DNA from: Lama glama
Lineage: Eukaryota
Reading direction: 5' to 3'
Length of the DNA stretch: 64,000 nt
Assembly (NCBI GenBank): GCA_028534125.1
Contig: CM052832.1
Span: 23,190,001 to 23,254,000, forward strand
Part shown: in pieces, positions 12,643 through 23,420 of the stretch
How positions within the stretch are numbered: the stretch's first letter is position 1
How the letters are laid out: each line of letters begins with the position of its first letter
Made by a program: the position numbers and the translations under genes
The notes under the pieces: model-generated
Databases searched by the model: none
What the model was told of the DNA's origin: nothing
What the model saw: the letters and a program-made list of their open reading frames with translations, nothing else

Positions 12643-12852
12643 TATATTTCCCTCTTAGAAAAAACTAAATTCATCAAATGTTAGATTTATAAAACAGATG
12701 AATGATTAGCACTCTGAAAGATTCAACATCATATATCAACATTAATTTTTATTGACTAGCAACTGTCCTTTGTGAAGTCAATTTATAAAATTTCATTTAT
12801 GACTAGTTTTTGAAGAATACATCTATTGCATTAGATGTGGCCAATAAATTTT

Positions 12853-13557
12853 TTTTCCTGTTCACTACCTTTATTCTATTTTGTATTGAGTTATAGTCAG
12901 TTTACAATGTTGTGTCAATTTCTGGTGTACAACACAACTTTTCAGTCATACATGAATATACATATATTCATTTTATATTCTTTTTCACCATGAGCTACTA
13001 TAAGATCTTGAATATATTCCCCATGCTATACAGTATAAACTTGTTTATCTATTCTATATAAACCTGTCAGTATCTACAAATCTTGAACTCCCAGTCTTTC
13101 CCTTCCCACCCACCCTTCCTGCTGGCAACCACAAGTTTGTATTCTATGTCTGTGAGTCTGTTTCTGTTTTATATTTAAGTTCATTTGTCTTCTTTTTTTT
13201 TTAGATTCCACATATGAGTGATATTATATGGTATTTTTTTTCTCTTTCTGGCTTACTTCACTTAGAATGACATTCTCCAGGGGCATCCATGTTGTTGCAA
13301 ATGGTATGTTGTCATTTATATGGCTGAATAGTACTCCATTGTATAAATATACCACAATTTCTTTATCCAGTCATCTGTCAATGGACATTTAGGTTGTTTC
13401 CATGTCTTGGCTATTGTAAATATTGCTGCTATGAACACTGGGGTGCAGATGTCTTTTTGAATTAGGGTTCCTTCTGGATATATGCTCAGGAGTGGGATTG
13501 CTGGGTCATATGGTAAGTCGAGTTTTGATCTTTTGAGGAATCTCCATACTGTTTCCC
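12853..13557 (-). mobile_element. 5'-truncated young (camelid-type) L1 3' end with 20-bp TSD
   Basis: Reverse-complement L1 3' UTR and ORF2 end; TSD agatgtggccaataaatttt (12833-12852) vs agatgtggcaaatatatttt (13558-13577), 2 mismatches. Confidence 0.92.
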
Positions 13558-13739
13558 AGATGTGGCAAATATATTTTAAAACTACAATACCAAAAATGTA
13601 TCAGAAAATAGTTTCTACAATAAACATGATAATAGATTAACAAATGCTCTTGGTTAGATTAGCTATTCTGTTATGTCAGGGAACAGTAAAACCTTCTGAT
13701 AAGGCTATTTTAAAAAGGTAAATTTATTCCAAAGATCAG

Positions 13740-14100
13740 TGTATGACTGAGGACTGTTTTGGTTGCAATTATCAGAAACTGATTCTGACTTTAAAAATAA
13801 TACATATATGTACATATACGTATGTAGTATTGAAATGATATGTGAAGTAGCTCACAGGTTGAAGGAAGTTTTGAAGAGTAAGGCCATATGATCGGGATAG
13901 CAGGATCTAATGGGCAGACTCCTGTCATTAGGATGAATCAGCCACCATGTTTTCTGTCCTACACCACTCAAATCAAGATCCCCAGTCCTAGAACTGAGAG
14001 CACTGCTTCATATGCCATCTTTTAGCTCGAGAAATGCAGGGCCCCTTGATCAACAGCCCATCTCAGCCTTTCTTACAAAGATGTCAAGGTTGTGCTTTGG
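13740..14100 (-). mobile_element. Old MaLR LTR remnant (MLT1K/L-like)
   Basis: 'ttttggttgcaattatcagaaactgattctgactt' resembles an antisense MLT1 end. Confidence 0.4.
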
Positions 14101-14479
14101 CAAAGGATAACAGGCAGGGGGAAAAGATGTCCAGCCCATGGAGTAAGCATGCATTTTTCACAAGAAAGCAAAAACAAAATGGACATTGACACACAACATG
14201 AATCTAGTCATCATCCCAGAAACTGGAGTATCTTCACATTCACATCTTCTGAATTTCTTAAGAAACCAAAATTTCACTATAGCTTATGATCAATTCAGAA
14301 GGACTCCTCATCAGATCAGGAGGTTTCTTCTATCCATAAGAATGTGATGGGGTCATTTTGTCTCGTTCTTGCATTTCATAAAAATTAAAATAAAATTAAA
14401 AGGAACAAAGGGTATTGTTGAACTTATGCTTGAAATAAGCCAACATCATACAAAATACTAATGCAATCTTAGACAGTGC

Positions 14480-15400
14480 AAATGGAAAATTAAGTCCAAA
14501 TGACAGGAAGTGCAGTCTCAGTGCCTTCTGTACTGTTTAGACAGAGCATTGTTTTGAATTCTGAGTTTTATAACTTAGAAAGGATGCATCAAATTGAGTT
14601 TGCTCAGGTGACGACAAAACAGCAAAGGAAACCATCAGAAAAACAATGAAGGGAAATGGGAACAATTTATAGAGAGAGAAGAGGACCCAGGAAGTAAATG
14701 ACAGCAGTCTTGAATGTACTATACTGTAATGTAAAGAAAACCTGAATGTGTTCTCCAAAGATCTAGAGTCTAGTCCTCACTCTTCTCCTGTTTTGCTGTT
14801 TACTGTCTCTAGCTCCTGATCATCACATCTGTTAAAGGAGATGACGTGTGGTAGCCAGGGGCAGGAACTTTAATCAGATAGACCCAGGTTCAAGTCCCAC
14901 TTTTACCTCTTATTGGTTATATGATTTTGGTCTGAGCCTCTATAAAATAAAAGTAAATAAATATGAAATCTCCCTCAGAGTTTATTGTAAGGATCAAATA
15001 AAATAATGTTAACTAAGAGGCCTGGTACAGTGCCTGACACATGGTAGAGCATCAATTTAGAGTATTCAGGTACCAAAAGATGGTAATTGCAGCTATACAA
15101 CAGCACAATTCTAGGAAAATAGTTGGAGCGCCATTATGAGAAATAAGCAACAGAGTTTTCTGTGGTGCCATTGGGCTAGTGGGTGGAAGCTATAGGTAAT
15201 TGAAGAAATAACTTTCTAATAACTAGAACTAACGAGAGGAAAAGCTGAATTGTGAAGCAGCAAGATTCCCAAATCTAGCAAATATTTAAAAGGAGCAAGA
15301 TGAATATCAATTGCGGAAACCACAAAACAGCTTCCTATATTTTATATGAGTGCATAAGTATATAAATTCCCTACTAAACCAAACGTCTATGAATTTCGGC
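14480..15400 (+). mobile_element. L3/CR1 LINE 3' fragment interrupted by MIRs
   Basis: 'tctgtactgtttagac...gcattgttttgaattctgag...aaggatgcatcaaattgag' and 'gggtggaagctatagg...aactttctaataactagaact' resemble L3. Confidence 0.5.
14845..15060 (+). mobile_element. MIR SINE
   Basis: 'atcagatagacccaggttcaagtcccac...ttgtaaggatcaaataaaataatg...cagtgcctgacacatggtag'. Confidence 0.75.
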
Positions 15401-15447
15401 TGAGTGCAGCACCAAGTTTACATTCACAGTTCATAATATTAATGTAC

Positions 15448-15466
15448 CACTGCCCTCTAGTGTGTA
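15448..15466 (-). promoter_or_regulatory. Candidate CTCF site (reverse orientation)
   Basis: Minus strand TACACACTAGAGGGCAGTG resembles the CTCF core (CCAC/GYAGRKGGCR) with one mismatch at a conserved C. Confidence 0.4.
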
Positions 15467-15569
15467 ACCTAAGAAGATAAAATCATGGATACAAAAAAAA
15501 AGAAAGAAAACTGCAAAAAGCACCATGCAAAATTATTTTTACTGACAAAAAAATGACTCACTAATCATT

Positions 15570-15705
15570 GAGTAGAATCTTCTCATTTTCAGATGCAGAA
15601 ACTGAGGGACAGAAAGTGAAATGATCAACCCAAGGGCAGCTGCAGGGCTTAGACTAGAATGCTGGCCTGCTCACTTTCAGGTCAGCGTTCCTCCCGTTAC
15701 ATCAC
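15570..15705 (-). mobile_element. MIR SINE fragment
   Basis: 'ctcattttcagatgcagaaactgagggacagaaagtgaaatgatcaacccaagggc' is the MIR core, antisense. Confidence 0.7.
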
Positions 15706-16484
15706 ACGCCGGGTACTGCGGAGCAGAGCCAGGTCCTCCCTGGACAGCATCGCTTATTGGATCCTGAAGTCCTGGGTTCTAGCCATGTAACAAGTAAAGT
15801 TTCCCTTAGCACTATGAGCCCAATGCGTCCTCAATCACAAGTTCAAACCCTTACAACTATTTTGCTGAAAAAACAATGGTTAATGAGGCCTTGTTGACAA
15901 GAACAGTCCATTATCAGCAAGCTAATGACCGCTCAGGCCGCAGCAGGGATGCCAGCCTACAATTAGGTCTGCAGCGATGTACACACAGAAAGGGACTCTA
16001 GTTGTAATTAAACCTGATCCTTTGGTCCAGTTGCTCATTAGGAAAGAAAATAAAACAAAACACAGACCCCACAACAAGAAGGACTAAAACTAATACTTTG
16101 GTCAAGGGAGGAAACTTTAAGCCATTGATCTATTAATCCATGTCCAAGTATCTGTCTCTGAGTGAGCACTTAAGCTTATATTCTTACTCAAAATTCTTAC
16201 TTGTAATTAAGAGGGGGGATTGTTTTACATCTTAGTGCTTATAAAAATCACGGCACACAGGATCGTGGATTATCTTTTGTTTTCTTCATTTGGCTAACTA
16301 GTACTTTCCAGGTGTTTTCACTATGAACTGTGTAACTTGTGTAACAAAACATATTTAAACCATACCAAATCTTGGCAAAAATCTCTTTAAGGGATGAAAA
16401 ATACTGAGGTATTAAATATAAGAATACATAAGAAAATAGATCTTTCATCATCAGAAGTAGTCAAGACACTCTGTCGAATAGCAA

Positions 16485-16680
16485 TGTGATGTTGTATAAA
16501 GCCAGCATGAGCTCTGGGTTCTGGAGACAGACCAGTGTTTGTACAACAGCTTTACTAGTTAATGCCTTTGAGACCTGGGACAGATACCTAAAATCTAGAA
16601 GGAAGGTGACTGTGATTAAATAAACGATCTTGTGTAAAAATCGTAGCAGATGCAAAAAAAAGTGATTATTAATTACAGGC
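16485..16680 (+). mobile_element. MIR SINE fragment
   Basis: 'gggttctggagacagaccagtgtttg...tttgagacctgggacagatacctaa...tgtgattaaataa'. Confidence 0.55.
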
Positions 16681-17699
16681 TTCTTCATCTTCCCCATATC
16701 CCACTGTGTTACCACTTCCTTCTCCCCATAATTCCAAGAGTCTGTCTAAATCTAGGAAGAGAGCCGCCTTACTAAGAAAGACATACCCATAAAGCCTTGG
16801 ATTACCAAAGAAAGTAATAAGACAAGGTGGAGAAAAGGAGGTAGGTGTTGACTGCAGAGAAGAGGGAACGGGCTGCATTTGGGTTTTAACTCTGGCGGGT
16901 TGAGAAGGTGGTGAAGAAAACTCAGGGGAGAGTGAAGCTGATGAGGTTACAAGAGACTTATTTTCTCTACTGCTTCCCATTTAGTCCCCTTCTTTCCTTA
17001 TTTCTTCTTTTGGATTTTCCTAGAGAAATAGATGATGAGAGGCTTTCTTATTCCTGCCCGTTTACCCTTCATCTGCAGCATCTCCTTGCTCCTTAATCAG
17101 CCTGCGCCCTGCTCCTGTGCTACTGAATCAGCCTCACCAGCATCCTCTGGAACCACGTGTCATAAACACTCTTTTCATTACATTATACCTTCTCACACAT
17201 TCCTTCAGTCTGTTCATCTCTACTAGTCTCTTATCCATCTGTCTAAAAGTATTCTTAGGTGTTCTCGATACTTAATATTCAATCCTGCAAGTCTTTAAAT
17301 TACTACATTCTCCTTTCTGGGTAACAGAAAGGGGAAGCACTGTGAAGAATGTATAACTTTAAAAAAATTCCTGTGTTCAAGGGGCTTATAATTTGGTCTG
17401 TGGAGACAAGACTGCTACTTCATTAGAAACAATGGCGATCAATAAAAGGCAGTATATAATTAAGTCCTAAATTGTGTTGTCAGACTCTCTGAGTTCCTAC
17501 AGCTTGAGGGATGCAGAGGGGGAGTTCCCCAAGGTGGCATGGTCAGGGATGACTTGAAGCAAGAACTTAACCAGAATATTGCACATGGCAGTTACTCAAT
17601 AAATGTCTGTTATTTGATTTTGACTTGAAACAACATGTTAGCTAAACCTTGAAAATAACTATCGTAAGATCATCAACCCTCCCATCCATCTGACAATTA

Positions 17700-17884
17700 C
17701 TCTTATTCACTGAATTTAAGGTGCATATTATTTTACACTCTAACAACTCTGAAACAAGGATGCATCTTTTCATCACTATCTCAGCAGGTATCATAAATTA
17801 ATTGGTAGTGCTTTTCTATCTTAGTGTACATAAAACAATGGTATTGCTTACAATGGATGGCTTCCTAGATTCCATAGAATACAG
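17700..17884. mobile_element. MER104-like (TcMar-Tc2) MITE
   Basis: TA-flanked; degenerate TIRs 'ctcttattcactgaatttaag' and 'cctagattccatagaatacag'; internal 'ctctgaaacaaggatgcatctt'. Confidence 0.6.
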
Positions 17885-18271
17885 TATGTACTGAGCATCT
17901 AGGATATTTCATGCTATTATTCTGGACATTGGGGACATGTGAACAACAAATGTAAAGGTTCTCTCTTGCGAAGCTTGCACTGTCGTGAGGGAGATGTGTA
18001 CAACTGAATAAATGTTTGATGCACTGAAGTTAGGTGCTCTGACAGAGACTGAGAGAAGGAAATAGATGTAAGCCTAGATCCCGTGTTAGAAAATAAAAAT
18101 TATTCAGAAGCAAATTTTAAAAATCGGCTTTCACATAAGAAGTTATAATTTGTGAGGAATTTACATATATTTTGAGTATTCATCTCCTCCACTAGACCAC
18201 TTACTTCATGAAAATAGAAATTATTCTTATTTATCTTTGAATTCTCTGCATACCACATCATGTCTACAACT

Positions 18272-18366
18272 GTGAAAGAAAGAAAGAGAGAGAAAGGGAG
18301 AAGAAGAGAGGGATGGAGGGGGGAAGGAAAGAGAGGAAAGAAGGGAGGAAACAGAAAAGAAAGGAA
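18272..18366 (+). repeat. GA-rich purine tract
   Basis: gaaa/gaga/ggga run read directly. Confidence 0.8.
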
Positions 18367-18599
18367 ATTAGTATCTATCGTGCAACTGGCCTTGTTGTAG
18401 ACATCATGGTAGGCACTTCAGCCATGCTGGCTTCTTTCAATTAGTATCTGTTGAATAAGTGAACTTTTGAAAGAGAACTAATAAATAAAAGTCAGTAGAA
18501 TTTCCATGCTCCACTGACTTCACATTCTTTTTTCATTTGTTTTGCTTTAAGCAAAGTTATCATATTGCAAATAATGGGGATGCAGTGGTCTCAAGATGT

Positions 18600-19545
18600 G
18601 TTTATTTCTGAAGAGCATTTAATAAAAGATAATAATGTTATAATATAGCTAATAGTTGTGAATTGGATATAATGATCAAAGCAGCTGATTAATGGAAAGA
18701 CATCAAACTTGGTAACTGTCTTCAAAGCCATGGTACAGCCCTACAAAGTCTTGTCTGATTCAGCAGTTTTGTCAATGACTTGGGCAAATAAGAAATTACA
18801 TTCATATCCAATTTGCAGATGGTAAATCTGAGAAGGGTGACTAGAACGTCAGATGGTGGAATTAAGATACAGTAAGATCATGAGAGAACAAAACAATGGA
18901 CTGAACCTAAATGAATAAAAATAACCATGAAGTCCTGCTTTCAGATTAAAATTTTCATTTGCAAAGGTACAGTATAGGAGATACATGGTGAAATAGTACT
19001 ATACGTAAAAAGATTTGGGGATTTTAGTTTCTGACAAAATCTACATGAGATAAAAGTTCTGAGGCTAAATTTTTTAAGTATGCTGTATTTAATATATCTT
19101 GTTCTACTTGCACGGTTACCTATCTGGAGGGAATACTGGATTCCATTTTGGCTGACGTAATTCAGACAGAGACAGAGGTTCTTCAGCAAGAATCAATCAA
19201 CATAGATTTGCTTCAAAGAATCTATGAACCCCATAAAATTGTCTGTTATGTGTTATTTTGGAGTGTATATGTTTTCTAAGGAAGAATCTAAAACTTCTTT
19301 CAGATTCTCTAAATATTTAGAACCAATGCTTAAAACGAATGTTGACAAACTACTGTGGATCCAAAGAATGACCGGCTTGATGAAGGATCTGGAGAACAAA
19401 CCATAAGTGAAAAATAGAAGAAAGATAAGAAGAAACTACTTAGTGGAGAGGGCTTCCCACACTGTAGAATCAAATTATCTTAAAATTTTATTCGCTGCCC
19501 TGTGAGATAGTGAGTTTCTTCCTGGACGTGTTCATAGAGATGCAG
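18600..19545 (+). mobile_element. L3/CR1 LINE RT-region fragment, interrupted by a Charlie MITE
   Basis: 'tttgtcaatgacttgg...atccaatttgcagatg...aaagtcctgc' matches the CR1 RT (FADD) region; resumes at 'gacaaactactgtggatccaaag'. Confidence 0.65.
19172..19330. mobile_element. hAT-Charlie MITE (MER117-like)
   Basis: 'cagaggttcttcag...tatgaaccccataaaattg...tttcagattctc...agaaccaatg'; a related copy lies at ~45850-45980. Confidence 0.45.
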
Positions 19546-19756
19546 TGATACTGTAAAATTTCTGTATATTTTATCTTCTTCTTAGGCATTTGCAATGTAC
19601 ACCATGCGCATCGACATATCAAAAATCTCAGAAAATCTTTGGTAAAGAAAGTGAATGCTGCCCAGCCCCACCTGACATGTAACACTTTTTTTTTAAAGAC
19701 AACTTGAACTTTACAACAAAAGCTGGAAAACATAATATGGACTGAACTATTGATCT

Positions 19757-19978
19757 CAAAGATCAGCAAACTTTTTCTGTAAAGGGCCAGTTAGTAAATA
19801 ATTGCAGCTTTGTGCATCATATGACCTCTGACACAACTAAACTCTGCTGTTGTAGCACTAAAGCATCAGGGACAATACGTGCACAGATGAGCATGGCTGT
19901 GTTCCAATAAAACTTTATTTACAAAAGCAGGTCACTGGCTGGACTGGCTCCGTACTGCTGACTAGTCAGCTGCTCCTC
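19757..19978 (+). mobile_element. MER58A (hAT-Charlie)
   Basis: 'cagcaaactttttctgtaaagggccagttagtaaata...gcatggctgtgttccaataaaactttatttacaaaagcagg'. Confidence 0.85.
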
Positions 19979-20274
19979 AAGACTCCTAGAACTCTAGAAC
20001 TCTTTGGCTCTGCAATTTGAACCTGGAGACCTATTTACCCACAACCATGTACAATATGCACATGAACCCCTGGTTTTCAGGAAGGCTACAAAAATAAACA
20101 AGAAAAAAGACCAGCAACATTTGTTATGGTGAGTAATGAGCAGAGATGAACCAATTTACAAGTTTTTGCTCGAAGACTTATAATGTAAACTCCTCCCAAC
20201 ACAATATGGCCTTTCAGACAGATTCAGAGAATCCTGCACTAAAAACAACAGGCTTTTTTTACAGCCACAGGTAG

Positions 20275-20740
20275 GAGGTGAGCAGGTGATTAGTGAGGTC
20301 TGTATCCTCAGCCCTGGTTTGTTCCACTGCGGTCAATTACACAGCTGGTTAAAAGTGTGTGTTTGCACCTGTTCAAGCCTTCCAGTGTGCTGATCTCATA
20401 TTAATTAAGCAACTCCTTAAAAGCTGGTTGAAAACAAATTAGACCCTGCCACCCTGTGCCTGTCCCAGCTGTCCCTCAGTGGCCCTTCACCTATAAGGGA
20501 TCGTCTACAGAGGGAAGGAGCAGTGTTTCTTTGTAATTAGGGAGGGGCTCGTTATCCTCCATCAATTAACACTGCCACCACTTAGTGAAAACAGTTGTTG
20601 CTACACAGTACAGATTAGTGACTAATTAATAAGGGCTGATTAGCTAAGCTCCCTTACAAAGTATAAAAGACAACAGCCACCTTCCAAATGGACCATTGGC
20701 TGTGGTTGAAGCAGGGACATCAACAGTCCAAAATGAAAGA
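20275..20740. promoter_or_regulatory. Candidate developmental enhancer (homeodomain TAAT and E-box cluster)
   Basis: No recognisable repeat; several TAAT/ATTA cores (ATTAATTAA, GTAATTAG, CTAATTAA, CTGATTAG) with CAGCTG x2, CAGGTG and CACCTG. Confidence 0.4.
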
Positions 20741-22828
20741 CAGGCCTCATCTTTCGAGATGCCTCAGGAGACAGCAGTTCACAGCTAACCAGTATATCTA
20801 CCAAATGTAACATTTTCAAATAACTTGAGTTGTCAAGGATCTCTGGCTTAGCATCACTGAAAAAGGGAGGAAGCTAGAATCATGACCCAAAAACGTGGGA
20901 GCTTGTGTCAGGGAGGTTAAAAAAAAAAATTGACTGTGTACATGCAGGATACACAATATACTATAGAACATAAAGCATGAATACTTATCAATTTCAATAT
21001 CCCTGTTGATATTTTTAAATGTTATTTTTATAAGAAGCATAGAAGAGTGGGTAAAAATAGGGGACTGAGATTTGGGGGGGTTGATCAGTTACAGATCAAG
21101 CAAAATGTTCATGTTTCTATCACAGCAGTTACTGTGGCATGTCCAAATTCTCTCTTTATGTATACATCACTCAGGCACACAAACAAGGCTTTCCTACTGA
21201 GTGTCAATAAATTGACAGCTTGCACACAAGGCACTTTCCTATATGAATAACTACATAAATTATAAGTTTCATTAGCTCTCATATTTCTTTAAGTAGAAGA
21301 CTTCCCCTTTTGTATGACCTTTTTTTTTGTATGACCATTTTGAATCTTACTAGAAATCCTAAATTATTTTTTTTTCAGCGTATCTTTACAACAGAAACAT
21401 CACCCAAGGATTAAGAAGGTTTGGGATACCTACACCTTACCTAAGAAATGGTAAAACTCAGAGGAATGTTGTGAAAGGCAATTAATTTATTGTACTGGAT
21501 GTTTGTCACTCTTCTGCTTAGGAGTCATTTTGGCAGTAGGGCAAAAACACTAACTTGTTCTCATTCAAACATTCTTCCATGAAAGGTGAACTTCTCTAGA
21601 CCAGAGACAAGGGTGGCTTGGCCTGGGTTGATGACTGTGGACAAGAGGAAGGTGGATGGATTACAGAACTATTTAGGAGGCTAAAAATAGCAGGACTTAT
21701 GTAACTGCAGTTCAAAAGTAATCCTGTAGCCCTTGGGAAGCACAGGAAATCTACCAAAATAGTAACCACTGGACCTTGGCTGCAGGTTTTGTGAAAGTAG
21801 CAGGAAGGAGGAGAAAGAGAGAAAGAGAAGGACGAGAGGAAAGGGATGAGGACGGTGAGAGAGAAGGAGGAGGCTCTAAAAGTCAGGGACATCTTCAGGC
21901 GACAATAGCACTGCTAGCCATGCTTTCTCCTCACGTACAGAGACCAAAGAAATGCTTTAAGTTTGCAAAATACCATTTTTTAAAAAACAGAAAAATTGAT
22001 GGTATCCACCAACTTTGATATAACTCTTCTCCGGTGCTGAGAAATACTGACTGGAGTTCCTTGAGTAACCCAGTAGTATCATAGCAAAATCCCGTAGATT
22101 CACTGCTGAGGCCAAGTTAAGGGCATCTGTTGTCACACCTGCAAACCAAGAAATCCTTTCTTTTTCCTTCCAAGAAAAGAGATAAAGAGAAGCCAAGAAG
22201 TCAATGGCAGAAAGCAGAAGAGCTAGTTGGCAGTCTGTAGCACAAATCCCAGAAGATTTCCCTACCCATTTTCAAACTTAAGTGCCCTTGTTAACAGAGT
22301 AAAACATTAGCATAAAAGTGCTTGACACATGGGAATTTTACTAAGTTTTTTAATGGTCAAAGCAAATGCTTTGCAAAATCTAAGGTTTTGCAGGCTAAAA
22401 TTATAGCAGTATGGCCTTTGGCAATGGTTCCCAAATTTTTGAAGTGTGAGAACTTCCTAAACATTAAAATACAACTTTGTAGATCCCCCATGAGTAAGAA
22501 TTCTGCTCTGAATGTCCATTTATTTAAAAACAAATATTTGACACACTTTAAGAGAATGTTGCCAAATGCATAGATGATACTCAACAAGTATTATTGAATG
22601 AATGAAAACTAACAGCACACATACATAATATTTAATATTTAATCTACAGGCAGTGCATGTGGCTATCAGCTCCTGACCTTGTCTGGGCCCCACCCAATTA
22701 CAAATGGAAATTGGGGAGTGTTCCACATGGCATGTATCCTATTAGGCTCCTCAATTTCCACAGTCAGACCTACTCCCAGCTTAGCTGTTAAGCACATGGG
22801 TCTGCACTTAGCCAGCGACATGGCTTAC

Positions 22829-22845
22829 CTGTTCTTCAGCCATTC
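22829..22845 (-). other. Candidate 17-nt microexon or exon 3' end (GA ATG GCT GAA GAA CAG)
   Basis: attattctttcAG|GAATGGCTGAAGAACAG|GTAAGC. Confidence 0.25.
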
Positions 22846-22994
22846 CTGAAAGAATAATCTTGAAGTCACTGACATCTAATTTTATCAAAACCTAGTTAAG
22901 AGAGTCAATATTTATATCGGACTCTCAGGCAGTCTCTATTTCCCTCTAGATATGAGATTTATTCTCGGATCACTGATCTCACTTCTTCGTAAAA

Positions 22995-23420
22995 TCTGAA
23001 AGAGCCAAACTCATAGAAGCAGAGAGTAGAATGGTGTTTGCCAGGAGTTGAGGGCAGGGGAGAGGGGATGGGGAGATGTTGGTAAAAGGGCACAAATTTT
23101 CAGTTATGCAAGAAGAGTAAGTTCTGGAGATCTAAGCTGGAAATCTAATATACAGCGTGGTGACTAAAGTTAATGATACCATATTATATACTTGAAATTT
23201 GCTAAGACAATAGATTTTAAGTACTCTGACCATACATAACCACAAAAAAAAAAAAGGAAAAAAAAGATGAAGAAGAAAATGGTAACTATGTGAGGTGATG
23301 GATGGTTAATTAGCTTGATTACGGTGATCAGTCCACAATATATGTATACCAAAACATCAAGTTGTTCACCTCAAATATATACAATTCCTATCTGTCAATT
23401 ATACTTCGGTAAAGCTGTTT
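22995..23420 (+). mobile_element. L1MA9/10-like 3' UTR fragment
   Basis: 'aaactcatagaagcagagagtagaatggtg...tatacttgaaatttgctaag...gtcaattatacttcggtaaagctg'. Confidence 0.85.

Noticed and set aside
21308..21336. 12-bp duplication around a T-run as a retro-insertion
   Set aside because: TSD polarity is ambiguous and slippage explains it equally well
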